Part shown: piece by piece, positions 29,310 through 39,008 of the stretch
Numbering within the stretch: position 1 is the stretch's first letter
Layout of the letters: each line of letters opens with the position of its first letter
Assembly (NCBI GenBank): GCA_965215885.1
Contig: CBDCEW010000101.1
Coordinates: 32,001-96,000, forward strand
Reading direction: 5' to 3'
From: Candidatus Moanibacter sp.
GTDB lineage: Bacteria > Verrucomicrobiota > Verrucomicrobiia > Opitutales > UBA2987
Length of the DNA: 64,000 nucleotides
Program-made: the position numbers and the translations under genes
The notes under the pieces: generated by a model
What the model saw: the letters and a program-made list of their open reading frames with translations, nothing else
Databases searched by the model: none
Told to the model about the DNA's origin: nothing

Positions 29310-31115
29310 TTACCGCCCCGGGATATCCTGCCGCAGACGCTCCTCCACGGCTGCAATGATTCGATCCGAGTTGCGCATCCCTCGCGCCACGATGAGGGCC
29401 TTTTGCCAGTACTCTTGAGCCATGGTGTGTCCGCGTGCCTTCCAGGCCACGTCGCCGAAGACAATCCAGCCATTGACGTCTTCGGGACGCTCGGCGGTAT
29501 ATATTTTAAGACTCTCGGTAGCAGCTTCGTAGGCGTTCGATTCCGCGTAGACTTGACCGAGGTTCAGGTGAATCTCGATGTTGCTCGGATCGACGGCGAG
29601 CGCCTCTCTATAGCCAGCGACCGCCCCTGGATAGTCCCCTTCCCTCGCTTTACGATTTCCTGACTGCAGCAGAAAGGTCAGTAACAATTCCCGCAATTCG
29701 GCGCTGTCCGGTTCCAGAAGTTTCGCCTCGCGCAGGGGTGCCTCAGCCTTCTCGGGATCTTCCCTTTCCAGATAATGCTGTGCCAAAAAGGCGCGCGAGT
29801 GGAAATCCAAGGGTGAAAGTCTGCGCAACTCCTGGAAGATTTTCATCGCTTCACTTTCGCGCCCTTCCTCCCAGAGGGTTCGGGCGAGGTTTCGCAAGGC
29901 CAGGCGATGAGAAGGGTCTTCTTGCAAGGCCTTGCGCAGGTGGACTCTCGCTTCCGCGCGATTGCCCTGCTCAATGAGAAGCTCGCCCAAAACGGCAAGC
30001 AATTCCGGCGAATCCGGATTTTCCTCCAATCCTTTCCGAGCCATTGCAATCGCCTCTCCATATTCCTCCGATTTCTTGTGGAGGTTCACGAGTGCACTAT
30101 AAATCACGATTGTGTCACCGCCTAAAAGCAGAGCCCTCTTGTAGGCCTTGATGGCCTTGTCCTTCTCTCCCATTCCCGAGTAGGCCATGCCCCGAATGAG
30201 GTGCACATCGGGAAACTCAGGCGAGATATTCACAGCGCGATCGAGAATGTCCAGGGCTCGTTCGAATTGGCGAATGGCCACGTTCATGTCCGCCAGCACG
30301 GTCAAGCGATCCAGATCGTAACAGCGAGTGGTCACTGTGTCCATCCAGGGGTCCGGGTGCTCGCGATAGCGCCCGTGTTTCCGCCCCAGGGCGCGGGCCA
30401 CTTCGGCTCTCTCCTTTTCACCCCTCTTTTCGAGCAGTTGCGCCATCAGCATAAAACCGGGGGCAAATTCCTCATTGTTTTCCCCTAATCGCGACAGCAG
30501 GGTCAGGGCCTCCTCCTCCGCACCTCCTCGAAGGTGCTCGCGCGCCAGGCCGAGCAGAGCGTATGGATTATTCGCATCCAATTGAAGAGATCGCAGATAG
30601 ACTTCACGCGCAGCTTCCGATTTGCCCGATTTGAAGAGCACGTCGCCCAATCGAATCTGGGCCGGAAGGTAGGACGGTTTCAAAGCGGCCACTCTTTTCA
30701 ACAGGCTCTCGGCGGAAGCGAGGTCGCCCCAATTGAGACGCACGTCTGCCAGGTAGTAAGCCCATCGCGCTTCTTCCGGATCGCGTTCATTCAACAAAGT
30801 GTAGCAGGCCTCTGCCTCCTTCAAGAAGGCGTTGGCGTGGTAGAGCATCGCCAGTTCACCGAGTCCCTCATCCGAACCCCTCCTGCTTGAAACCGCCTCG
30901 CTCGCCTCCTGTAGGGCGAGGGTAAACGCTTCCGGCCAGTCGCTCGTATCCGGCAGAGGGGGCAGCTCCTCACGAATCGCGTCGCCTTTCAGCTTACTCT
31001 GTATGATTCCCGACCCGTACCACAGACTCAGTGGAATCACGACCACCAGGATCAATCCTGCCGCCCAGACAAGGCTCTTCCGTCGAAAACCGATAGCTTC
31101 ATCTGATTCCGTCAT
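29310..31115 (-). CDS. Membrane-anchored TPR-repeat protein (paralog 3)
   Basis: TM, LPPLPDTSDWP, LYHANAF and HPDPWMDTVTTRCYD. Likely start MTESDE at 31115. Confidence 0.9.
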   Translation of the reverse strand: MTESDEAIGFRRKSLVWAAGLILVVVIPLSLWYGSGIIQSKLKGDAIREELPPLPDTSDWPEAFTLALQEASEAVSSRRGSDEGLGELAMLYHANAFLKEAEACYTLLNERDPEEARWAYYLADVRLNWGDLASAESLLKRVAALKPSYLPAQIRLGDVLFKSGKSEAAREVYLRSLQLDANNPYALLGLAREHLRGGAEEEALTLLSRLGENNEEFAPGFMLMAQLLEKRGEKERAEVARALGRKHGRYREHPDPWMDTVTTRCYDLDRLTVLADMNVAIRQFERALDILDRAVNISPEFPDVHLIRGMAYSGMGEKDKAIKAYKRALLLGGDTIVIYSALVNLHKKSEEYGEAIAMARKGLEENPDSPELLAVLGELLIEQGNRAEARVHLRKALQEDPSHRLALRNLARTLWEEGRESEAMKIFQELRRLSPLDFHSRAFLAQHYLEREDPEKAEAPLREAKLLEPDSAELRELLLTFLLQSGNRKAREGDYPGAVAGYREALAVDPSNIEIHLNLGQVYAESNAYEAATESLKIYTAERPEDVNGWIVFGDVAWKARGHTMAQEYWQKALIVARGMRNSDRIIAAVEERLRQDIPGR

Positions 31116-31277
31116 GGGCCGGGTATACTTGCAGGTTATCTGTTTTCCGAGACCGTCGCAGTTTCGATTTCTTAAACCACAACGAACAGAAGGTTTCAAT
31201 TGAATAAGCGGTGGGTTAGCCGCATCGACAATCTCCCTTGGATTCTGGAACCGGCGATGGTTCGCAAATCATCGAAG

Positions 31278-31390
31278 TTCCCGATCGGGAATATTTCTGC
31301 CGGGACTTTCTCTATCCTTTAAAATATTACCGGCCGGTAACATTTCCCTTTGACAAGGAGCCGCAATAGCATCATGTTCCCGATCGGTAA
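31278..31390 (+). promoter_or_regulatory. hipBA promoter with three palindromic operator-like sites
   Basis: TTCCCGATCGGGAA (31278-31291), TTACCGGCCGGTAA (31327-31340) and TTCCCGATCGGTAA (31377-31390). TTGACA at 31350-31355. Confidence 0.7.
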
Positions 31391-31391
31391 A

Positions 31392-31631
31392 ATGAATTTT
31401 CGGAATCCAAAGCAACTCGGTGCCGCAATCCGCGCGAGGCGCAAGCAGTTGAAGGTCACCCAGAAGGATCTGGCGATGACATGCGGGACAGGCATGCGCT
31501 TCATTGTTGACCTCGAGAAGGGCAAGCCAACCTGCCAGATCGGAAAGACGCTGCAGGTTGTTCAAGCCCTGGGACTGGAACTCCGAATGTTTATTCGTGC
31601 CGCCGACGCCAATCATGGCCGCGAACGATGA
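31392..31631 (+). CDS. hipB: HipB-like HTH antitoxin
   Basis: LGAAIRARRKQLKVTQKDLA...FIVDLEKGKPT HTH_3. Coupled to hipA. Confidence 0.88.
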   Translation: MNFRNPKQLGAAIRARRKQLKVTQKDLAMTCGTGMRFIVDLEKGKPTCQIGKTLQVVQALGLELRMFIRAADANHGRER

Positions 31632-32911
31632 ACACGTTGATTGTCTACCTGAACGGGGAGAGGGTCGGAAGTCTTGAACAAGACGATAGCGGCTTGCTCC
31701 AATTCTCCTATGATCAAGCGTGGCTTGAAAAACCAGACACGACTCCGCTTTCCCGGTCACTTCCACTCCGGAACGAGATCTTTGTCGGGAAAAAGGCCAG
31801 GCCTTTCTTTGCCGGCATACTGCCTGAAGAGGGGCCCCGAAGGCAGGTAGCGAAAATCCTTGGGATCAGCGACATCAACGACTTCGCGATGCTGGCCGAA
31901 ATCGGAGGCGAGTGCGCTGGCGCTGTCAGCTTGCTTCCCGACGGCGTCGATCCAACGGATCCGCAAGACACCCACCGCCGCGAACTGACCGAACCCGAGA
32001 TTCGACAGATCGTGGCCGAACTGCCTCGTCGCCCCTTGATGATCGGCAGGGACGGACTCCGACTCTCACTTGCCGGCGCGCAGGACAAACTGCCTGTCGT
32101 TGTTTATGGCAACGCAATCTATCTCCCCTTGGGCGGCACCCCCAGCACCCATATACTGAAACCGGAGCCGGAGCGATTCCCGGGACTGGCCGGTAATGAG
32201 ATGTTTTGCATGTCCCTGGCGCGGGCTGTCGGATTGAAAGTACCCGACACAGAATGCCGGCTTGTGGGAGAGAAGCCCTGCATGCTTGTTGAAAGGTACG
32301 ACCGCAGGAAGGGTGAAGACGGCTGTACGATCCGAATTCATCAGGAGGACTTCTGCCAGGCGATGGGGTTTCCGCCGGAGCGAAAGTACCAGGTGGAAGG
32401 CGGGCCCATGCTGCGCGACTGCGTTTCGCTGCTTCGGGAGTGGTCCACAGCGCCGGCAATCGATATTCCGTCTTTTATAAAGGGCTTGATCTTCAACGTG
32501 TTGATTGGCAACGCCGACGCCCATGGCAAGAACTTCTCGATCTTGTATTCCAGTGGCGAACGGAGGCTGTCTCCCTTTTACGATCTGGTTTCTACGCTCG
32601 CCTGGCCCGAACTTTCCAAGAGGCTCGCGATGAAAATTGGCAGTTGCGACTCGGTAAACGCCTTCACGGTAGGTGACTGGAAGAGGATGGCAGTCCATGC
32701 CGGCCTCGGTTGGCCGATGTTACGAGAACGAATGGCTGAAACCAGCCACGCGATACTGAAGGAACTCGATACCGTGCGGATGCAGACCAGAGAACACAGT
32801 GGAGAGATGGCTGAACGGCTCCACGAAATCATCGGCGGCCGTTCCAAAAGAGTGCTCGAAGTGCTTGCCAAACAGCACCCTGCCAGGGCGAAACGGTTGC
32901 ACCTGCCATGA
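31628..32911 (+). CDS. hipA: HipA family kinase toxin
   Basis: SLAGAQDK, HQEDFCQA, IGNADAHGKN and LSPFYD motifs. Confidence 0.95.
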   Translation: MNTLIVYLNGERVGSLEQDDSGLLQFSYDQAWLEKPDTTPLSRSLPLRNEIFVGKKARPFFAGILPEEGPRRQVAKILGISDINDFAMLAEIGGECAGAVSLLPDGVDPTDPQDTHRRELTEPEIRQIVAELPRRPLMIGRDGLRLSLAGAQDKLPVVVYGNAIYLPLGGTPSTHILKPEPERFPGLAGNEMFCMSLARAVGLKVPDTECRLVGEKPCMLVERYDRRKGEDGCTIRIHQEDFCQAMGFPPERKYQVEGGPMLRDCVSLLREWSTAPAIDIPSFIKGLIFNVLIGNADAHGKNFSILYSSGERRLSPFYDLVSTLAWPELSKRLAMKIGSCDSVNAFTVGDWKRMAVHAGLGWPMLRERMAETSHAILKELDTVRMQTREHSGEMAERLHEIIGGRSKRVLEVLAKQHPARAKRLHLP

Positions 32912-33127
32912 GTCTTCGGATTTGAGAAACCGTGTCACCGCAAAGAAGCTGTTGCAACAGGAGCAGCATCACCTCAATCGAGTAGACCGGCCCGGTTGCG
33001 GAGCGGCCCGCGCCGCACGCGACGTCTACAACACCCAACCCGGCGGAAATGGTTGAAATCCGTTACCACGCCAGATTCGATCAACCGCCATGGAATTACC
33101 ATCGCCTCGACCAGCTGCTCCCGAATG

Positions 33128-33250
33128 CAGGGAACAGACAGGGAACAGAATCTGCAGAATTAAGGCGAATTTGGGCGAAATACTGTTCCCTGCGAAGAAG
33201 CAAGCGTTAGCTTTAGGTTTTTGTAAGTTGTTTATCTACAACTTTGTAAA
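33128..33250. other. Integrative-element attachment-arm relic next to the tRNA 3' end
   Basis: Tandem CAGGGAACAGA x2 (33128-33149) and inverted CTGTTCCCTG (33183-33192), followed by an AT-rich tract abutting the tRNA. Confidence 0.5.
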
Positions 33251-33251
33251 G

Positions 33252-33329
33252 TGGTCGGGACGACTGGATTCGAACCAGCGACTTCCTGCTCCCAAAGCAG
33301 GTGCTCTGACCAGGCTGAGCTACGTCCCG
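33252..33329 (-). tRNA. tRNA-Pro (TGG)
   Basis: CGGGACGTAGCTCAGCCTGGTCAGAGCACCTGCTTTGGGAGCAGGAAGTCGCTGGTTCGAATCCAGTCGTCCCGACCA folds into a cloverleaf with a CCA end. Confidence 0.97.
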
Positions 33330-33403
33330 TTAATCTGCGATCGATTGCTTATTGAGGCTCCTTATTGAAGAGTTTCTCAGCGAATATCAATGCCATATAG
33401 TCA

Positions 33404-35143
33404 CTACACTTTCTCCGCGAGCATTTCGTTAAAGTAGCTCTCTGCCTTGGAGAGATTTTCATAGGTTCCACTCTCGACGATCCGCCCCTCCCTGAGGACG
33501 ACGATCAGGTCGGCGTTCTTGATCGTGCTGAGCCGGTGGGCGATGGTGATAACGGTCCTGCCGTGGCTCACCCGTTCGATGGCTTCCTGGACGAGACTCT
33601 CGCTTTCGTAATCGAGTGAGGAGGTGGCCTCATCGAGAATGAGGACTTTGGGATTGCGCAGAATAGCTCGCGCAATAGAGATTCTCTGGCGCTGACCTCC
33701 GGAAAGCTGCACTCCGCCCTCACCGACCTCGCTGTTGTAGCGGTCGGGCATCTTTTGAATAAACTCGTCGGCATTGGCCTGTCTGGCAGCTTCGCGAATC
33801 TCGAATTCAGTGGCGTTGGGCCGGGCGAAGCGCAGATTGTCACGGACTGAGCCGGATAAGAGCATACTCTCCTGCATAACGATAGAGGAATTCCTCCGGA
33901 ACCACCGCATATTGAGGGCGGATTGCGGAACTCCATCAATGAGAATCTCACCCTTCGTAGTCCGATATAACCCGAGGATGAGATTGGTCAGGGTGCTCTT
34001 TCCGGAACCGGACGGCCCCACGAAGGCGACGTGCTGTCCCGGTTCGATATGAAGATCGATGTTTCGAACGGCGGGTAATTGGGACTCTTTGTAGGTGAAT
34101 GTAACATCCTCGAAAGTGATCTCACCGCGTAAATCACGGAGTTTCATGGTACCCTTCCATCCCTCCACATACTTCGAATCGAGAAGCTCTTTAACGCTGC
34201 GGAAACTCTCCCGGGCGAGAAAGTACTGCTGGCTGAAACTGACGAACGCCTGGACGGGTGACAGGATGATGGGCAGACCGACGAGGAACGCGACAAGGGT
34301 ACCGAAGGAGAGGCTGCCGTTGATCACGAGGAGAGCTCCGCCGGCCACTACGATGAGAGAGAGTGATTGGGTACTGACGTATGCGTAAGCCTGAAATATC
34401 GCCGTGATCGACGACAATTCGGCGCGTGACTGGGCCAGGAACTCGCTTTTTTCGTGCATCGACTGCCGGGCCGCCCGTTCCTCTCCATAGCCCCTGATAA
34501 GTCTAGTGGCGCTGATCAGTTCACTCGCCTGGCCAGTGAGACCCTCTTGCGCTACGCGGGCCGCCCGTTGGCTTCTTTTCATTCTCCCAAAGAAAACCAA
34601 CCGGCCGATTGCGTAAACGGGCACTATCATTCCAAGGATGAGCATCAACTGCCAATTGAAATAGGTGAGCAGTGCGATGGTGCACAGGCTGACAAGGCTT
34701 TCCGGCAGCAATTGCCGGAGGACGGGCAAGACAGCCGTTTCGATGCGCTGGGTGTCGAAAGCGTATTTCGAGATAAGGCGCCCGGTCTGCTGTTCGTCGA
34801 GGTATCCGAAGCTGAGGAGTTGCAGTTTATGAAAAATCCGTCCTCGCAGGTCCATCATCATCCGCGCCACCGCAACGGCATAGAAGCGTGATGCAGACAC
34901 GGCGAAGAAATAGTGTAAACAGAGCAGACCCAGGAAAGTGAAAACGGAGCTGGCGATCCCCAGGAGATTGCCGGTTCGAACATGCTCATCGATTATAATG
35001 CGGAAGATAAAAGGAAGCGGCGCGATGAGCGCGGCACGCCCGAGCGTCAACCCGATACCTTTGCCGAATCGAAACCGGTAGGCCCAGATGTAGCGGAGGA
35101 GGGTGGGAGAGTCGGTGGGATCGTTCTGTTCTATCGAATCCAT
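33404..35143 (-). CDS. ABC exporter, fused permease/ATPase
   Basis: ABC_membrane region, GPSGSGKS, LSGGQRQR, ILDEATS and IAHRLST. Confidence 0.95.
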   Translation of the reverse strand: MDSIEQNDPTDSPTLLRYIWAYRFRFGKGIGLTLGRAALIAPLPFIFRIIIDEHVRTGNLLGIASSVFTFLGLLCLHYFFAVSASRFYAVAVARMMMDLRGRIFHKLQLLSFGYLDEQQTGRLISKYAFDTQRIETAVLPVLRQLLPESLVSLCTIALLTYFNWQLMLILGMIVPVYAIGRLVFFGRMKRSQRAARVAQEGLTGQASELISATRLIRGYGEERAARQSMHEKSEFLAQSRAELSSITAIFQAYAYVSTQSLSLIVVAGGALLVINGSLSFGTLVAFLVGLPIILSPVQAFVSFSQQYFLARESFRSVKELLDSKYVEGWKGTMKLRDLRGEITFEDVTFTYKESQLPAVRNIDLHIEPGQHVAFVGPSGSGKSTLTNLILGLYRTTKGEILIDGVPQSALNMRWFRRNSSIVMQESMLLSGSVRDNLRFARPNATEFEIREAARQANADEFIQKMPDRYNSEVGEGGVQLSGGQRQRISIARAILRNPKVLILDEATSSLDYESESLVQEAIERVSHGRTVITIAHRLSTIKNADLIVVLREGRIVESGTYENLSKAESYFNEMLAEKV

Positions 35144-35148
35144 AGCGA

Positions 35149-36288
35149 TCAGTTGCGTCGCTCCTGAGGCTGATTAACTAACATTTTCAGGAGGGATTGC
35201 TTGCCGAGGAGAAAATAGACATCGATTCCGGAGCCGAGCACGAGGGGATGGGGAGTTTCCTCAACCTCGATCTCGACTCTGAAAATTGAAACACCGCTTG
35301 TATCGGATTCCGACTGGGTGCCTTCGGGATCGATAATCGTGACATGCCCATATATAGCACCCTCGAGGATTGAATCGAAGACCTTGGATTCCATGCGCAC
35401 CCGCGTGCCTTCGCGAATGAGATCGAAATTTCGCTCCCCCACCTGGGCGATTACGATATAGGGACTTTCCGGATTACTGATTTTCAGGATCTGCGCGCCT
35501 TTCGCCACGGCCATACCGGCATATTTGTAAATGAGATCGGTCACCCTTCCGGTAATCGGAGCGGTGAGCTGATAGTCGCGCTTTTGCTCCTCCAGAATCG
35601 AGATTTCGCGGTCGATAAGGTCAATTTGCCGGCGCAGTCGATCACGATTCAGGATGAGGCGTTCCCGCTCGATTTCAAGAATGTCGTTGTCCAGCCAGGC
35701 GACGCGCTCCGCTGCTTCCATTCTCTCCAGCTCCACTCTCAGATGGTCGACGGCCTGCTCCTGATAGGCTGTCTGGGATACGGCTTTCTTTTCTACGAGC
35801 GACTTCAATGTGTTCAGGTTTTCGCGCTGTATACTCTCGATCTCGCTAAGCAGCGTCAGGCGATCGGATGCTCTTGCCAGTTCCGGATCGGAAGGTCTTA
35901 CTTTCGATTCTTTCAGGTTGAGCTCGTTTCCAGCCAGTTGAAATTCAAGTATTTGGCGGTCACGCCTTTTCTGGAGGAGTTCCAGATCGATTTCTTTGTC
36001 ATCGAGCGCACAAAGCGGCTCGCCTTTCATGACGAGGGCACCTTCGAGAATATCGACACTGGCGATGACGCCTTCGGCCGGTGAGAAGACTATGAATTCG
36101 TCATGTTGCAGGACGACACCCGTTGCGCGAACCGTCAGTTCCATGCGGAAAAACGCGATACCGGCGAGGACGAACATGATGCCGGCGATTATTAATAGCT
36201 TCATCTGAAGCGATCGGCGCCGCGTCAGATCGTCCTCTACATGGGCGAGGGCGTCGTCAGGTTCGTCTCGCAATGGAAGTGCGGGCAT
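35149..36288 (-). CDS. HlyD family membrane fusion protein
   Basis: N-terminal TM, lipoyl-like half motifs (FSPAEGVI, LTAPITGRV) and a long coiled coil. Adjacent to the ABC gene. Confidence 0.85.
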   Translation of the reverse strand: MPALPLRDEPDDALAHVEDDLTRRRSLQMKLLIIAGIMFVLAGIAFFRMELTVRATGVVLQHDEFIVFSPAEGVIASVDILEGALVMKGEPLCALDDKEIDLELLQKRRDRQILEFQLAGNELNLKESKVRPSDPELARASDRLTLLSEIESIQRENLNTLKSLVEKKAVSQTAYQEQAVDHLRVELERMEAAERVAWLDNDILEIERERLILNRDRLRRQIDLIDREISILEEQKRDYQLTAPITGRVTDLIYKYAGMAVAKGAQILKISNPESPYIVIAQVGERNFDLIREGTRVRMESKVFDSILEGAIYGHVTIIDPEGTQSESDTSGVSIFRVEIEVEETPHPLVLGSGIDVYFLLGKQSLLKMLVNQPQERRN

Positions 36289-36457
36289 TAGTTTTGATGA
36301 AAGTCGCAAGGTGCAGCGATGCGGGTACACCGATCATGGCTATTCTTCTACTCTTGTAAAGGATGGGCCCAAATCCGGCCTGCAGCCGCGAGTCGACAGA
36401 GACGCGATAAAAGTTTCTTGTATAGTGAAAAGTTTACGAATATTAGTCTCAACATTC

Positions 36458-37663
36458 ATGTATAAGAGAACATTGTATCTGGAGAGGATCGCTCCGTTCA
36501 TGAACAAACCGGTGATCAAGGTAATCACGGGGATGCGCCGGGTGGGAAAGAGTTTTCTCCTTCGTCAGTTCATTGAGCAGCTCGTGGAAGATGGCACTCC
36601 AAGGGAGAACATTCTCTATATAGACAAGGAATCGCTTGATTTTGAGGAGATCCGTACCTACCTGGATCTGAACAGGATGGCGATGAAAATCTTGGGCCCG
36701 CGTCCTGTTCCCAAATATCTGTTCGTCGACGAAGTGCAGGAAATTCAGGATTGGGAAAAGGCGATCGCCTCTCTCGCGCGAAGGCAAGACATCGACATCT
36801 ATATCACGGGCTCAAATGCCCATCTGTTCTCATCCGAACTGGCTACTCTACTCTCCGGTCGCTACATAGAGTTCCCGGTCTACTCACTGAGTTTCGATGA
36901 ATTCCGCCTCTTTAGCGGTAGGGAAAGTTCAGAGATGCAGGAGAGTTTCCTCGATTATCTACGCTTCGGGGGTTTGCCGGCGATCCACCATTTCGAGGCG
37001 GCCGATGAGGTCGTCTATGAATACATCGGCTCCGTCTACAATACGATCCTCCTGAAGGATATCGTCAAGAGGCACAACATTCGTAACGTGCAACTGCTGG
37101 AAAACATCGCCCGCTACCTCTTTGACAACATAGGCAACATTTTCTCATCCAAGAAAATCGCGGATTACTTGAAATCACAGCGCCTGCGTGTCGGAGTGGA
37201 AACGGTTCAGAACTATCTTGGGCATTTCCTCGAAGCGCTCATCGCTCACAAAGTGCCCCGTTATGACCTGAAGGGAAAGCGCCTGCTCGAAATCCACGAG
37301 AAATACTATCTGGGTGATATCGGGATTCGCCATGCCCTGCTTGGCTACAGGGAAGCCGATATCTCGGGCATTCTGGAGAATCTCACCTATCTTGAGCTGA
37401 AACGCCGTGGCTACGAAGTCTATATAGGCAAGTTCGGGGATCGCGAGATCGACTTTGTCGCGACGCGTGAAAAGGAAAAACTTTACATCCAGGTCGCCTA
37501 TCTGCTCGCCGCACCCCAGACAATTGAGCGCGAATTCGGTGCCCTGCTCGCTATCCCCGACAACTATCCAAAGTTCGTTCTGAGCCTGGATACCGCCTTC
37601 GGCGAGGACTTCGAAGGTATCCGTCGGCTCAACCTGCTCGACTTTCTGCTCCAACAGGACTGA
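36458..37663 (+). CDS. AAA_14 + DUF4143 ATP-binding protein
   Basis: TGMRRVGKS, FVDEVQ, ITGSNA and EIDFVA...YIQV. Confidence 0.92.
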   Translation: MYKRTLYLERIAPFMNKPVIKVITGMRRVGKSFLLRQFIEQLVEDGTPRENILYIDKESLDFEEIRTYLDLNRMAMKILGPRPVPKYLFVDEVQEIQDWEKAIASLARRQDIDIYITGSNAHLFSSELATLLSGRYIEFPVYSLSFDEFRLFSGRESSEMQESFLDYLRFGGLPAIHHFEAADEVVYEYIGSVYNTILLKDIVKRHNIRNVQLLENIARYLFDNIGNIFSSKKIADYLKSQRLRVGVETVQNYLGHFLEALIAHKVPRYDLKGKRLLEIHEKYYLGDIGIRHALLGYREADISGILENLTYLELKRRGYEVYIGKFGDREIDFVATREKEKLYIQVAYLLAAPQTIEREFGALLAIPDNYPKFVLSLDTAFGEDFEGIRRLNLLDFLLQQD

Positions 37664-37699
37664 ACGTCTAGCAGCCGAGGGGCTAAGTCCGACAGATAT

Positions 37700-38908
37700 C
37701 TAGAGCTTGCGAATAAAAAGCGGTACCGGTTCGGAGCCGTCGATTTCGACGGTTGTGTCGACGGCTCCGTAGTTGATGCCAATGGAGGTATGACCATTGG
37801 CATCGATCATGGTGAACCATTCGCCCGTTTCGTAATCCGAGTAATTCTGGCCGAGTTTCGACTCAAAGGTCATACCTTTAATGCGGACCTCGAAGCGGTC
37901 CCCAAGTGCGATATCGAGGCGCCTGAAGTCGGCTTCCACGAAATCGGCCGTCGCATTCCCGTAGGCGGCGTCGATCGATACGATATTGGCGTAAGCTCCG
38001 CCGTCAGCAAAACGCGCTCTTGATGCGGGTGGCGGCGGATTAATGGTAGCGTTCTTGAATCGCTCGACGTGCCCCGTGTCGAGCCAGCGGTCGAGTCCGG
38101 CGAGGGCGGCGATGTACTCTTCGGAGGAGAGTTTGACGTGACCGAACCGGTCGATCCACCAGAAGGCGGGGAGCACAGTCGCATTTCGCGCGTGATAGAT
38201 ATACTCGAGAACACGTGGAGTCTCATTGCTGTTGCACAGAAAGAGAAGAGGCGCCTCGGGATTGTGCGAGCGCGCGAGCGGATACTGCGAATCGCGGCTG
38301 TTTCCAATCGAAATGGCGATAGCGCCATGGTACTTCTCAGGTTCGCTTTCGACCATGAGGAGACTGATTGTGGCCCCCATCGATTCGCCGAGAAGGACTG
38401 TGCGCTTCGGCGTGCCGAATATGGACACGATGGTGTCGTAGAGAGTACTCGAGTCCTCGATGGCGTCGCGAATGATGCTCACCTGGCGCCGGAAGCTGCT
38501 CGAGGCTACCATCCAGCCATCCCCCAGCCACTTTCGATAGCGTTTCGATCGCAGCGGCAGGTCGCTTGAAAGAGGCCGCGGATCAAACCGCCCTCCGTGG
38601 TTATAGAGAAGAAGCTTCCCGTTCCAGGCGCCTTCCGGGTAGGCGATTGTGACGAGGCAGGGACCCAGCGTCCCGCTTTGGACCGTGATCTGCTGATCGT
38701 CAAGAGTGAGGCTGCTTTTTTCCAAAGAAGCATCGCCGCTTCCCCAACCGGATTCTGCAATGAGCAGAAATAGCGTGATACTAAGCGTCGATCGCGCGAG
38801 ACGAGAAGTCAACGAATCTGAAGTGTCTCGGACGAAGTTGGTTATTGCGTGAAAGTAATCTACGAGCGTTCTCATTTCCTTAGAATTCGTGCTGTGCGGT
38901 GTGTTCAA
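37700..38908 (-). CDS. Alpha/beta hydrolase fused to a SAM hydroxide adenosyltransferase (DUF62/fluorinase) C-terminal-like domain
   Basis: LLYNHGG, GESMG and FGHV, then IVSIDAAYGN...YSDYETGEW...IDANG...IGINYG. Confidence 0.7.
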   Translation of the reverse strand: MNTPHSTNSKEMRTLVDYFHAITNFVRDTSDSLTSRLARSTLSITLFLLIAESGWGSGDASLEKSSLTLDDQQITVQSGTLGPCLVTIAYPEGAWNGKLLLYNHGGRFDPRPLSSDLPLRSKRYRKWLGDGWMVASSSFRRQVSIIRDAIEDSSTLYDTIVSIFGTPKRTVLLGESMGATISLLMVESEPEKYHGAIAISIGNSRDSQYPLARSHNPEAPLLFLCNSNETPRVLEYIYHARNATVLPAFWWIDRFGHVKLSSEEYIAALAGLDRWLDTGHVERFKNATINPPPPASRARFADGGAYANIVSIDAAYGNATADFVEADFRRLDIALGDRFEVRIKGMTFESKLGQNYSDYETGEWFTMIDANGHTSIGINYGAVDTTVEIDGSEPVPLFIRKL

Positions 38909-39008
38909 CAGCGCACTGATCCTCCTGGCAATTGTCCTGGTGCGAAAATCAGGGTAACTGATGAGTGCCTACCCGCAATCAAATAAGGGTTTTCTTATCA
39001 AGCGAGAA

